Shown here: piece by piece, positions 17,502 through 27,520 of the stretch
Layout: each line of letters starts with the position of its first letter
How positions within the stretch are numbered: the stretch's first letter is position 1
NCBI GenBank assembly: GCA_035544015.1
Contig: DATKIP010000012.1
Coordinates: 182,393 to 246,392, forward strand
From: Candidatus Saccharimonadia bacterium
Lineage (GTDB): Bacteria > Patescibacteriota > Saccharimonadia > UBA4664
Length of the DNA stretch: 64,000 bases
Direction: 5' to 3'
The notes under the pieces: generated by a model
What the model saw: the letters and a program-made list of their open reading frames with translations, nothing else
The model's database searches: none
Told to the model about the DNA's origin: nothing
Made by a program: the position numbers and the translations under genes

Positions 17502-18078
17502 TGGTGACCCCCGACCCCATGGTCGCTTTAATCGTAAAGTTCACACCCGTCTTGTCGCCACTGTCCACACTCTGAATCGTCACATCCGAAAAGTACGGGC
17601 TATTGCTAGCCAACGCCGAGCTACCCACCGTCACATTCGATCCAATCAACGCTCGCGCCAGCTTGGCCACCTCAGCATAGGTCGGCGCCACCCCGCGCAC
17701 CGTCAGCACATTCTGATTGTCCGCGGACAGCGACGAAATCGTGGTACTTACCGGGCTAGCCTCGCTATAAGCCTTGAAGAATTTCGTGAGGTACACGCGC
17801 TGGTCATACAATGCCGGCAACGCCTTCAGGTGCTCTTCGGCAGTCAACGCGTCGAGCAAGCCCGCCACATTTTCCAGATCGGTCTTGCCTTGCGTAATCG
17901 CCTTCGTGTGATTACTAATCGACACTTTTTGCCCCGCCGCGATGATCGACATCAAAGCCACCACCGCGCCGCACACGATCCAAATCGTCACCGATACCCC
18001 CGACACCAACTGCCGGCGCCGGCGCTCACGCAGCTTAGCCTGCCGCAGATCCGGCAGCAGGTTGATCAGCGTGCTCAT
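17488..18078 (-). CDS. pilN: PilN
   Basis: INLLP motif, TM, follows pilM. Confidence 0.88.
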   Translation of the reverse strand: MSTLINLLPDLRQAKLRERRRRQLVSGVSVTIWIVCGAVVALMSIIAAGQKVSISNHTKAITQGKTDLENVAGLLDALTAEEHLKALPALYDQRVYLTKFFKAYSEASPVSTTISSLSADNQNVLTVRGVAPTYAEVAKLARALIGSNVTVGSSALASNSPYFSDVTIQSVDSGDKTGVNFTIKATMGSGVTSGSN

Positions 18079-19115
18079 GCGATGTACCCCCGGCCCGCCA
18101 GGCCCACCGCCGCGGCATACTCCACCGAGAGGCCCATGAGCTTATCTTGCAGCCCGGAGGGGTACGACACATTTACCCACGCATTACCAAACTCCACCGG
18201 CAACCCGGTCGAGTTGGCCAAAAACGGCCCCAGCTCGGGCAGGCTCGATGGCCCGCCCGTCACCACCAGCTTCTCGAGCTTCACATCCGGATACCGGCCC
18301 AAAAAGTACTTCGTAGATTTCTCCACTTCACTCACCAGGTTGTCGAGCGTCGGCTTGATCGCCTTAAATACCTGGCCTTCCAGCTTGCTCTGCGTCAAAC
18401 CAAACTTGAACGTAAACTGGTTCGCCTGCACCTCGTCGAGGCCCAGGTTTTGCGCCACCGACCGCACCATCGTAGTACCGCCCACCGACACCGAGCGGAT
18501 CAGCCGCGGCGCGTTGTTCCACACGATCGAGATATCCGACTCCAGCGAGCCAAAATCCACCACCACCACGGCTAGGTTGTTGGCCGGCATCAGCGCCCGC
18601 GCCACTGCCGTCGCGTTGGGCTCCATGGCCAGCGGCTCAAGACCGGCCTTTTCCAAAATGCTCACATAACGCTCAATCGCCGAATTCGGCGCCGCTACCA
18701 GCAGCACCTCTAGCTGCTTGCCGTCCTTGCTCTGGTCAATCACCGACCAATCCAGCTTCACTTGGTCGAGCGCCATCGGAATATACTGCTCCGCCTGATA
18801 CCGAATCGCCTTCGCCAACTGCGCGTTATCAAGCTTCGGCGTCGTGATCACGGTCGCAAACACCTTGTTGGCCGATAGTCCCACCACCACATTCTTGAGC
18901 GCCACCCGATTCTCGCGCACCAGCTGCCGAATCAGCTCCGCCACCTTGTCTTGATCGAGCTGCGAATCACTCGCCGTCAGGTTGGCCGGAGCCGGCAAAG
19001 CCCCGTACGCCACCAGCGCCGGATGGTCTCCGCCGCGCCGCAGCTGCACCAGCCGGATCGCCGACGAACCAATGTCCAGGCCAAAAAATTCCGTGTCTTT
19101 TACGAACAGTCCCAT
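18075..19115 (-). CDS. pilM: PilM
   Basis: GLDIGSS, AEQYIP, VDFG, TGG actin-like motifs. Confidence 0.95.
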   Translation of the reverse strand: MGLFVKDTEFFGLDIGSSAIRLVQLRRGGDHPALVAYGALPAPANLTASDSQLDQDKVAELIRQLVRENRVALKNVVVGLSANKVFATVITTPKLDNAQLAKAIRYQAEQYIPMALDQVKLDWSVIDQSKDGKQLEVLLVAAPNSAIERYVSILEKAGLEPLAMEPNATAVARALMPANNLAVVVVDFGSLESDISIVWNNAPRLIRSVSVGGTTMVRSVAQNLGLDEVQANQFTFKFGLTQSKLEGQVFKAIKPTLDNLVSEVEKSTKYFLGRYPDVKLEKLVVTGGPSSLPELGPFLANSTGLPVEFGNAWVNVSYPSGLQDKLMGLSVEYAAAVGLAGRGYIA

Positions 19116-19180
19116 GGCCTAAACTTTACCATAACCATTATACAAGTGAAACCATTTTCCACTTCCCTCCCCAGCCCCCA

Positions 19181-19311
19181 CCAGACGCCCCAGGTGACGC
19201 GCCGGAGGGCATGGGTGAGGGAATGCTATCCGCCAAACAACACCGCGCAACGTAGTTGGCAAAAAGGCCGAGTTCGGATCGCACTCCCTCACCCACTCCC
19301 GCAGGAGCCAA
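19181..19311 (-). ncRNA. Candidate structured RNA / repeat element, copy B
   Basis: 21-nt stem arms tgggtgagggaatgctatccg / cggatcgcactccctcaccca around a loop homologous to 32759-32886. Confidence 0.55.
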
Positions 19312-19314
19312 TCC

Positions 19315-21213
19315 CTAAAACAGCGGCGCCCTCTCACCCTGCCCCTGCAGCAAAATATCATCAATACTAGAATCAAAATATTTCGGCGGGTTGAGATAAA
19401 TCTGCGGCGTCAGCACCACCTGCTCGCTCACCGGAGTACCGTTGGTGTTCGCCGCTCCGAGCCGGCCAAAAATCAGCTGTTTGCCCATCATGAAGCCGTT
19501 AATACGCAAAGTTGGAGTCGAACACGCCGCCGCCACCGCGTTACACGTATTAATAGTCCCGTTCGAGAACAGATACGCATCCACCCGCGTCACCGCCGGG
19601 TCAATCGAAATCCCGCCGTTCGCAATAATTCCCAGCGACGACACGCTGTGCGCCGGCAAAATCGTCGGATTGAGCGTAATATTCCCCGTAATCTCCACGC
19701 TGCCGTTCGTCACGATCGTCACCGGCCGGCGCGCTACCCCCGGTGCCAGCGGATTACCCACGGTCCCGTGCAGCTTAAGCGGGGACACACCGATGTAGTA
19801 ATACACTCCCTCTTCATTGCCCGTCAGGAAAAAATCCTGCACGGGGATCGTGGTGTACCCCGGCCCCGACATGCCCGCCGCTGCAATCCCATAAATATCC
19901 GGCCGCTGCAAACAAGCGTAGCCACCGTTCACCCCTAGCCTCAGCGAATCAGCCGCCGCATTATTATTGGAAGCAAAATTACTAATGCCCGCCGTCGCCG
20001 ACACCGCATACTGGCCAAATGAGGCCCCGCTGGCGTTGGTCTGCACATAGCCGTTAGCCGCCGGCTGAGTACAATCGCCGGCATGCACATCGCCGCTATC
20101 GGCCTCGATGCCCGGCACGCGCCGCGAGATCACGCGAAAATGCAGCTGCACATGATCCTGCGCCCCCGCCAAGTTCGTCGGCTCAAACCACACGTCCACC
20201 GTAAACGTACTCCCCACCGGCGCTGTTGCCGGCACCGTAAAGGTCACGCGTCCGTTCGTGGCACCTGCACCCATCCCCGTCACATTCCAAAACCAGTTCT
20301 TGCCTACCACCCCCCCAATGGCCGAAGCCGATCTAAACCCGTCGCCAGAAGAATGCCCCCCCGTGAGCACCGATTGCTGCGCCGGCGTCGTGGCGCACGC
20401 CACCGGACACGGCGCGGTCGCAAACGCCGCCCCCGGATACATCACCTGCAAATCCCCCGGCTGCGAAGGTGCCGGGCCGCTATTCACCAGCCCCACGTTG
20501 ATATCCACCGGGTCACCCGCCACCACCTTGGCCACTCCAGCCACCTGCGGCGGATTCGACGACGCACTCAGATTTACATTAAAAGTTGGCTGGTTCAAGC
20601 CGTTCGCGTCGCCCAATGGGTTGGCGCAGGCCTCGCGAATCGCGTAAAAATCCGTCGTCGCCGGCTGGTGAAAAATAATCGCGTCCGGCGTCGAACCACC
20701 CGGATCGTTGTACCACGCATCGTCGTTCGGATTAGAACCCGGGCCGTTACCTTGCCAAAACGTGTTAGTGCTAAAAGCATGGGGCACTCCGTCGCAATTG
20801 GGCCCCCACGTAACCCAATTTTGGTCGCTGTAGTAGCGGACTCGGCCTTCCCAGTCCGCAATCAGCACCGTTAAGGCTGGGTTTACCGGCCACACCGTGC
20901 CAGCCGGCTTCCCCGTCATGGTCAGTACCAAAAACCGAGCCCCGGTTTTATCCTGAGGACTCCCCGAAACCAAGTAGGTCTTTATAGCCGCAATAAATGA
21001 CTCCACACACGGCTTTCCGGTCGGGCTCAGCGGAGCCGGGGTCGGATGAATGCCAGCGTTTAAAACATTGTCGCCCCAGTCATCAAATGCGTTCAAAAAA
21101 TACCCATGGTATTCCGCCCGCGCAAACGGCGCCGCCCAGGCCTCACCCATCGGCAGCAATACCGTCAGCACCGTGAGCACCGCCACTACCAGCCTCGAAA
21201 ATCGCTGCCTCAC
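19315..21213 (-). CDS. Large secreted pilus-associated protein (adhesin-like, putative)
   Basis: Sec signal AWA|A, beta-rich Ig-like segments, C-terminal IIA.G.I.IDP.VTRVDAYL...GTINTC block; lies upstream of pilM. Confidence 0.7.
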   Translation of the reverse strand: MRQRFSRLVVAVLTVLTVLLPMGEAWAAPFARAEYHGYFLNAFDDWGDNVLNAGIHPTPAPLSPTGKPCVESFIAAIKTYLVSGSPQDKTGARFLVLTMTGKPAGTVWPVNPALTVLIADWEGRVRYYSDQNWVTWGPNCDGVPHAFSTNTFWQGNGPGSNPNDDAWYNDPGGSTPDAIIFHQPATTDFYAIREACANPLGDANGLNQPTFNVNLSASSNPPQVAGVAKVVAGDPVDINVGLVNSGPAPSQPGDLQVMYPGAAFATAPCPVACATTPAQQSVLTGGHSSGDGFRSASAIGGVVGKNWFWNVTGMGAGATNGRVTFTVPATAPVGSTFTVDVWFEPTNLAGAQDHVQLHFRVISRRVPGIEADSGDVHAGDCTQPAANGYVQTNASGASFGQYAVSATAGISNFASNNNAAADSLRLGVNGGYACLQRPDIYGIAAAGMSGPGYTTIPVQDFFLTGNEEGVYYYIGVSPLKLHGTVGNPLAPGVARRPVTIVTNGSVEITGNITLNPTILPAHSVSSLGIIANGGISIDPAVTRVDAYLFSNGTINTCNAVAAACSTPTLRINGFMMGKQLIFGRLGAANTNGTPVSEQVVLTPQIYLNPPKYFDSSIDDILLQGQGERAPLF

Positions 21214-21734
21214 GGCGTACCTCCCACGCGCGTTATCGCCGCTTCAATCCGTGGCAGTTCGCCGGCGTGCTGCTTAGAAGTCCCGTCTTTGATCATCTTC
21301 TGGCACCGCTTATAGAAATCCAGCGCCACCGCCTTATTGCCGGCGCTCTCCGCCGCCCGCGCCACCGAAAAATCAATGCCGTACGTTTCCATCAAGGCCT
21401 GCCCCGTCTTGTACGCATCAAGCGCACCCGGAAAATCACCCTTAGCTTCATAATTTGAACCAATAGCCGCGTACAAGCTCAGCTTTTCTTCATTCGTCTT
21501 CACCGCCGTTAGCTGAGTCCGCAAAGAGGCTATCGCGGCGTCATACTTACCACTAAACGAATTGTCTTGAGCCTTGAGCAATGTCTGCTTGGTCGCCACC
21601 GCAGTATCCGGCTTTTGTAGCTTCATGAAGACAAAAACGCCCACAACCACCGCCAACACCACCACAACCACACCCGCACCCATCATCCGTGCGCGTCGCT
21701 TCGAAGCTCCAGTATCAATCACTACTTGCGGCAT
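21210..21734 (-). CDS. Single-TM TPR protein
   Basis: N-terminal TM followed by TPR-like helices. Confidence 0.75.
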   Translation of the reverse strand: MPQVVIDTGASKRRARMMGAGVVVVVLAVVVGVFVFMKLQKPDTAVATKQTLLKAQDNSFSGKYDAAIASLRTQLTAVKTNEEKLSLYAAIGSNYEAKGDFPGALDAYKTGQALMETYGIDFSVARAAESAGNKAVALDFYKRCQKMIKDGTSKQHAGELPRIEAAITRVGGTP

Positions 21735-21816
21735 TTGAATTTACTCTAGGCCAATGCCGGCCTGCGGTCAAACTGCTTGCGCTTCGTGAACCAAAATAAA
21801 ATAATTGCGTGGACCA

Positions 21817-21851
21817 CGCGGGAGGGATGGCAGTGCGCCACCCCTCCCGCG
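21817..21851 (-). terminator. GC-rich hairpin after secreted orphan gene
   Basis: cgcgggaggg...ccctcccgcg with inner tggc/gcca. Confidence 0.7.
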
Positions 21852-21878
21852 CGTTTAGTGCGACTTGCTAGCCCGATT

Positions 21879-23132
21879 TCACGCCCCCGTCACGTAGTGG
21901 CCTCCCACCTTGGACCACGCGGTCCATGTGCCGTTGGCGTGCTGGGTGCGTCGCTCGACCCGGAGGTTGGAGGCCCCCGAGAACGACACCGACCCCGCCA
22001 GCTTGCTGCGGCTGACCGTCAACACCACGCGGTTCTGGGCGTTGAGCACGCGCAACTCCTGGCCGTCCCCGAGGGTGTTGGGGACGAGCCGGAAGTCGTG
22101 GTGCCCCGATGCCTTCCCGTTGCAGGCGCAGGTGTCGGTCTCCGAGTGGGTGAAGGTGGGCAGCGGCGGGCAATCCGCCACCTGCTTGGGACCCGCCACC
22201 CAGGTACGGCTGAACGTGTAGCGGTACAGCACCGTCAGGGCCACCTTGTTGCGAGATGGCACCTTGATGGTCGCCGACTTCCCTGGCTTCACTGTGACGG
22301 CGGCGCTGGTGTACACGACCGGCTTGCCATCCTTCAGGACCGGCTTGCCGGCGCTGTCGAGCACGGGGAGCTGGTAGCCCACCTGCTCGGTCCAGATGGA
22401 CGCGTTCTTGATGGGAATCGTCCACACACCGGTTCCGACGCAGTTCAGCGCGCAAGCGAACTTGCCCACCGGCCGCGGCGGCGTCGGCGGCCTGCAGTTC
22501 GGGTTGTTGAGGTTCGGCACCGTGTAGGTACCCGGACCGGTCGAGAAGGTGCTCAGGTACGAGTCCTCGCCGTTACCCCGGCCGCCCTTCGTGAGGACGG
22601 ATGGGATGTGCGGGACCCGACCGTAGGCGGCGTACCCGTCGGACTGCGTGTAGCAGATGCCGTGAGGCGGCGCCTTGACGACGTACGAACCCCGGAAGGG
22701 ATTCTGGAACGGGTACACCTTGGTGGTGGCCACCAGTCCCTGTGGGAACAGGTGGGCCTTCCCGAGGCCTGGGTTGAGCTCCACCCAGACCGCCGCCCGG
22801 TAGTACAGCACCTTGCACAGCTTCTGGCTGACACTGACGCTGACGTCACCGGTGTTGCGGTTGTACGTGTGGTGCACTGCCGCCTTGGTGTTGTTGGTGC
22901 ACGCCGGCTTCGTGGCCGCGAGCTTCCTCACCGGCGGCTTCTTGGCCACCGGCGGTTTCGGTGCCGGCTTCGTGGCCGGCGGAGGCGGCTTCAGCCCGCC
23001 GATCGGCGGGGGCGCCGCACTGCCGTACGCGGTGCCCGAGGTGAGCGTTGCGCCCATCAGAGCCACGAGCAAGATCGCAAACGCTGCGATCCGCCCACGC
23101 CCCCCGACACGACCCGTCCTTCGTGGAGACAT
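21879..23132 (-). CDS. Secreted hypothetical protein, actinobacterial style
   Basis: Arg-rich n-region signal peptide, Pro/Lys linker, paired Cys; SD GGAGG; C-ending codons against the local strand bias. Confidence 0.8.
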   Translation of the reverse strand: MSPRRTGRVGGRGRIAAFAILLVALMGATLTSGTAYGSAAPPPIGGLKPPPPATKPAPKPPVAKKPPVRKLAATKPACTNNTKAAVHHTYNRNTGDVSVSVSQKLCKVLYYRAAVWVELNPGLGKAHLFPQGLVATTKVYPFQNPFRGSYVVKAPPHGICYTQSDGYAAYGRVPHIPSVLTKGGRGNGEDSYLSTFSTGPGTYTVPNLNNPNCRPPTPPRPVGKFACALNCVGTGVWTIPIKNASIWTEQVGYQLPVLDSAGKPVLKDGKPVVYTSAAVTVKPGKSATIKVPSRNKVALTVLYRYTFSRTWVAGPKQVADCPPLPTFTHSETDTCACNGKASGHHDFRLVPNTLGDGQELRVLNAQNRVVLTVSRSKLAGSVSFSGASNLRVERRTQHANGTWTAWSKVGGHYVTGA

Positions 23133-23328
23133 ACAGTTCCTCCCCGTGACAGTCCCAAACTTCGGGACCCGATCCTGCGAGGCCCCCCGTGGGCCTCATC
23201 AGGATGCGGTGCAGCCACTCCCAAACAGAAGTAGCCACACCGCATCCCAAGACAGCCCCACAGAAAACAAAAAAATCGGACCAACTTGTCAAAGTTAAAA
23301 CTTTGGCTCTGGCCAAATTTTCTTTGAA

Positions 23329-23357
23329 ACTATACAAAATATAGACGCTTTTGTCAA
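23329..23357 (-). promoter_or_regulatory. sigma70 promoter
   Basis: TTGACA-17-TATAGT; second TTGACA at 23287-23292. Confidence 0.75.
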
Positions 23358-23376
23358 TGATTCCGACTCCCGAAAT

Positions 23377-23786
23377 CTACACGGAATTGTCCCGTAACGC
23401 CTCGAGCTCGGCTATCTTCGCCCGAATTTGCTCCGCCACCTCAGGCAAATCAGCGTCCTCGGCATCAGCCAGATCATGATCCAGAGAAGATCCGCAGACT
23501 TCGTCCAAGTAGTCTGGATTACGAAAGCCCGCATCCACGAAAATGGTGTCCACGCTCATAGTCGCCAGGATATCTGCACCGGGAACAGGCTCTTCGCCGC
23601 CGCCTCCAGCTCTTGGGCCCGCCAAGCGTCCACCGCTTGCTGTGCTGCAGAGACTTCCGGGTCACCCTCCAAAGGCAAAGCATCCGGGTGATCATAGCCT
23701 TTCGCAACCAACCCAGCGAGCACCTGCAACACTTGTTCTCTCATATATCTCGGCTCTTGCTCGGGTGACGGACCCAATTCACCCAT
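23377..23786 (-). pseudogene. Frameshifted acidic hypothetical gene (two overlapping ORFs)
   Basis: SD AGGAGG + ATG 23786; a protein-like reading continues in the 23377..23625 frame near 23580. Confidence 0.55.
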
Positions 23787-23876
23787 ACCGACCCTCCTTG
23801 ATCATCAAACTCACGGTAAGCACATCATAGTTGACCTCGCCTAGCCATACCATCCCCAAATCTGTAAAATAGCCCC

Positions 23877-24953
23877 ATGTCACTTTCCCTCGGCATCGTC
23901 GGCCTGCCCAACGTCGGCAAATCCACCCTCTTCAACGCGCTCACCAAGAACAATGTCTTGGCGGCCAACTACCCCTTTGCCACCATCGAGCCCAACGTCG
24001 GCATCGTGGCCCCACCCGATCCCCGCCTCGCAGCCCTCGCCGAGCTCTACCACACCGAGAAAATCGTGCCCGCCACGGTCACCTTCGTCGATATCGCCGG
24101 CATCGTACGCGGCGCCAGCGAGGGCCAGGGCATGGGCAACAAATTCCTCAGCCACATCCGCGAAGCCAGCGCCATCGTGCAGGTCGTGCGCGCCTTCTCT
24201 GACCCCAATGTGCTGCACGTCGACGGTGACCCCAATCCCCTGCGCGACATCGAAACCATCAACACCGAGCTCATCCTCGCCGATCTCGCCACCGTCGACG
24301 CCCGCCTGCGCCGGCTCGAAGGCGACGCCAAGCGCGACCCCAAAACCTTCGGACAGGTCCTCGAAATCACTCAAAAAGCTCGCGAAATTCTCGACCACGG
24401 ACAGCTCCTCGGCAGCGCCGGCCTCGATCTTGATTTGCTCAAAGACCTAAATTTACTCTCTGCCAAGCCATTTATTTTTGTGTTCAACATTGATGAACAA
24501 GATTTGAACAATAAAATTATGCAAAATGATCTGGCCAAATTAGTCGCTCCTGCCAGCAGTATTTTCTTGTGCGCACAGATCGAAGCCGAGCTCATTGACC
24601 TCCCGAACGACGAAGCCCAAGAGCTGCTCGCCGAGCTCGGCAGCACCCAATCTGGCCTCGACCAACTCGCCCACGCCGGCTTTGGCACACTCGGCCTGCA
24701 GACATACCTCACCGCCGGCCCCAAAGAAGTCCGCGCCTGGACCATCCCCCGCGATGCCACCGCCCCCGAAGCCGCCGGCGTCATTCACACCGATTTTCAA
24801 AAAGGCTTTATCAAAGCCGAAATCGTCAGCTACGACGACCTCATGGCCGCCGGCTCCCTGCCCGCTGCCCGCGCCGCCGGCAAGGCGCGGCTGGAAGGCA
24901 AAGATTACCTCATGCAAGACGGCGACGTAGTCGAATTCCGCTTTAATGTCTAA
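23877..24953 (+). CDS. ychF: Redox-regulated ATPase YchF
   Basis: [32 protein letters not shown]-terminus. Confidence 0.98.
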   Translation: MSLSLGIVGLPNVGKSTLFNALTKNNVLAANYPFATIEPNVGIVAPPDPRLAALAELYHTEKIVPATVTFVDIAGIVRGASEGQGMGNKFLSHIREASAIVQVVRAFSDPNVLHVDGDPNPLRDIETINTELILADLATVDARLRRLEGDAKRDPKTFGQVLEITQKAREILDHGQLLGSAGLDLDLLKDLNLLSAKPFIFVFNIDEQDLNNKIMQNDLAKLVAPASSIFLCAQIEAELIDLPNDEAQELLAELGSTQSGLDQLAHAGFGTLGLQTYLTAGPKEVRAWTIPRDATAPEAAGVIHTDFQKGFIKAEIVSYDDLMAAGSLPAARAAGKARLEGKDYLMQDGDVVEFRFNV

Positions 24954-25698
24954 CTACCAGGCCATATTTTTCGACCTCGACGGCACCGCCATCCCCAACC
25001 GGCGCGACGGCATGCCCTCAGAGCGGCTCGTGCGCACCGTCGCCGCTCACCGCGACCGCATCCACCTCGTAGCCGCCACGGGCCGGCCACTGCGCTACGC
25101 TATGCCCGTAATCGAGGCACTGGGACTCACCGCCCCCTGCATCATCTCCGGCGGCACCATTATCATTGATCCCGCCGACCACAAGGTCTTAAAAATCACC
25201 ACCTTGCCCCAAGCCGCAGTGCACGCCATTTTCAGCATCGTCAAAGACCACCCCTACTCACTATTTCTGCGGGAAGAACGCATAGCTTCGGACGCCCCCG
25301 CAATCCACCCCACCCTAGCCGAGGACCTCGAAATTATCTATGTCGGCCAGGTCCCAGCCGCAGACGTCGAGCATCTCAAAAGCACCATCGAAACCATCCC
25401 CAACCTCAGCGCCAATGTAGTACCCGACTGGAGCGGCGACGGCAGTTTCGCCTTCAACATCACCCACAGCGACGCCACCAAAGAGCACGCCGTCACCGAT
25501 GTGCTCACGCGGCTCGGCGTGCCCCGCGCAGCCAGCATCGGCATCGGCGATGGCGACAACGACCTGCATCTCTTCCGCTCCGTCGGCCTCAAAATCGCCA
25601 TGGGCAACGCCGGCCCCACCCTCAAAGCCGCAGCCGTCCTCATTGCGCCTCCCCTCGATGAGGACGGCCTCGCCCAGATGATCGAGCGTTACGCCTAA
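24946..25698 (+). CDS. Cof-type HAD hydrolase
   Basis: DLDGT, ATGR, K, GDGDND. Confidence 0.92.
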   Translation: MSNYQAIFFDLDGTAIPNRRDGMPSERLVRTVAAHRDRIHLVAATGRPLRYAMPVIEALGLTAPCIISGGTIIIDPADHKVLKITTLPQAAVHAIFSIVKDHPYSLFLREERIASDAPAIHPTLAEDLEIIYVGQVPAADVEHLKSTIETIPNLSANVVPDWSGDGSFAFNITHSDATKEHAVTDVLTRLGVPRAASIGIGDGDNDLHLFRSVGLKIAMGNAGPTLKAAAVLIAPPLDEDGLAQMIERYA

Positions 25699-26195
25699 GA
25701 TCGAAGCCGCATATCGAGCACTTCACCCTCCCCACCAAACAAGAACTCAGCCTCAATATACTTACCCACCAACACCTCCGGCAACCAATACCGATCATCA
25801 GCCCACATCTCGTCATATGGGAGTTCCCGCTCATCAAACCACCGTGGCGCCATTTCCTCGGTCTCCATCGGCTCACCTACCCACACCTCACATACATACA
25901 CCCGGCACAAAATATTCTGCATCTCAAAACCCGGATCACGCTCAAAATAAAACCTCAGCATCCCGGCCTCCGTAAGCGCGCCTACCTCGACGCCAATCTC
26001 CTCCGTCACCTCGCGCCGAGCCGCCGCTTCGTAGGTTTCGCCTGCCTCCAGCTTGCCACCCACCCCATTCCAATGCCCGGCGCCAAATCCCCGCTTCTTC
26101 ATGGCCAGCAACAGCTCGCCCGGCCGGCGCAAAAAGACCAACGTCACCTGCTTAAACGTTCCGTCGTGCGCCGCTTCATATTCCGCTAGCGTCAT
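25695..26195 (-). CDS. NUDIX hydrolase, MTH1/8-oxo-dGTPase-like
   Basis: KKRGFG.G.WNG.GGK, Nudix box, ETEEMAP.WF, MWADD. Confidence 0.92.
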   Translation of the reverse strand: MTLAEYEAAHDGTFKQVTLVFLRRPGELLLAMKKRGFGAGHWNGVGGKLEAGETYEAAARREVTEEIGVEVGALTEAGMLRFYFERDPGFEMQNILCRVYVCEVWVGEPMETEEMAPRWFDERELPYDEMWADDRYWLPEVLVGKYIEAEFLFGGEGEVLDMRLRS

Positions 26196-26935
26196 GAGCG
26201 AGTCCGGAGCAGGAAAAACCGCTCCACATTCCCCTCAGCGCCCGACACCGCCGAGTCCATTTCGGCCATAATCTCGAACCGTTCGCGCATCCACAGCCGC
26301 AAATCGCCCAAAACCTCGTCCCGCTCGCCCCCCAGCGGTATCACCCCGTGATATTTATCCGCCAACGCTTTGCCCGCCTCAAATTGCGGCTTCGCCATGG
26401 CCACAAGCAGCCCACCCGGTCTTACCAACGCCGCCGCAACCTCTAGCACTTTGGTAAGCGAGATAAACGACACGTCCATCACCGCCATATCCGCTGGCTC
26501 CGGAATGGCCTTGCCCGCATCGCCGACCGTCACGTCGCGAATATCCGTCTGCTCCATCACTACCACGCGCTCATCTTGCCGCAATCTGTACGCCAGCTGG
26601 CCGGTCCCCACATCCACGCAATACACCCGCGCCGCGCCGTGCTGCAGCGCCAAATCCGTAAACCCGCCCGTCGACGAGCCCACATCGAGCACAATCTTGC
26701 CTCCAAAGTCGAGCCCAAAATGCTCCACTACCGAGGCCAACTTGTCCCCCGCCCGGCTCGCGTATCGCGGCTGGTCCTTCACATGCAGCGAAGTGTCCGC
26801 GTGCACCATCAAGCCAGGCTTCTCCAGCCGCCGCCCCTCCGCCGACACCTGGCCGGCCATAATCAGCGCCTGCGCCTGCGTGCGCGTGGGCGCCAGACCC
26901 CGGGTCACCATCAGCACATCAAGCCGCTGCTTCAC
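26192..26935 (-). CDS. tlyA: TlyA family rRNA methyltransferase
   Basis: S4 domain, DVGSSTGGFTD, DVSFISL, KPQFE, GNVE. Confidence 0.96.
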   Translation of the reverse strand: MKQRLDVLMVTRGLAPTRTQAQALIMAGQVSAEGRRLEKPGLMVHADTSLHVKDQPRYASRAGDKLASVVEHFGLDFGGKIVLDVGSSTGGFTDLALQHGAARVYCVDVGTGQLAYRLRQDERVVVMEQTDIRDVTVGDAGKAIPEPADMAVMDVSFISLTKVLEVAAALVRPGGLLVAMAKPQFEAGKALADKYHGVIPLGGERDEVLGDLRLWMRERFEIMAEMDSAVSGAEGNVERFFLLRTRS

Positions 26936-26944
26936 GCCAGTCGC

Positions 26945-27514
26945 CTACTTAGCGCGCTCGAGGTAGGCCCCGCTCAAGGTATTCACCTTCACGCGGTCGC
27001 CCTCGTTCACAAACAGCGGCACCATTACCTGCACGCCGGTCTCTAGCGTAGCCGGCTTCAGCGCCGTGGTAGCGGTGTCGCCCTTCACGCCCGGCTCGGT
27101 CTCAGTGACCGCCAACTGCACCGCATTGGGGATTTCAAGGCCAATCACCCGGCCGTTGAACATCTGCAAACCCACCGTCGTCCCATCGGCCACATATTTG
27201 GCCTGATCACCGAGCACTTCAGTGCTCACGGTTTCCTGGTCGTAGGTCTCATTATTCATAAAAACCAGATTGTCGCCCTCACGGTATAGCATCTGCATAT
27301 TCACCCGGCTCACATCGGCCGGCAGAATCTTATCTGAGCTACGGAATGATTTCTCCACCACGCCACCACTCAGCAAATTCTTGAGCTTCACCTGCACCAC
27401 CGCACCACCGCGGCCCATAGCCTTATGCGAGTATTCCACTACGCGGTACGGCGCACCCTCGAGTTCCACTAGCACCCCGATCTTCAGATCCGTGTGTCCG
27501 TAAACCATCGCCAT
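26945..27514 (-). CDS. efp: Elongation factor P
   Basis: MGRGGA loop, PGVKGDT, LETG..VPLF. Confidence 0.96.
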   Translation of the reverse strand: MAMVYGHTDLKIGVLVELEGAPYRVVEYSHKAMGRGGAVVQVKLKNLLSGGVVEKSFRSSDKILPADVSRVNMQMLYREGDNLVFMNNETYDQETVSTEVLGDQAKYVADGTTVGLQMFNGRVIGLEIPNAVQLAVTETEPGVKGDTATTALKPATLETGVQVMVPLFVNEGDRVKVNTLSGAYLERAK

Positions 27515-27520
27515 ATCAGA

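Noticed and set aside
23160-23205. CUGAUGA resembling a hammerhead core in the 23132 leader
   Set aside because: No GAAA follows stem II; the segment is better explained as a plain hairpin.
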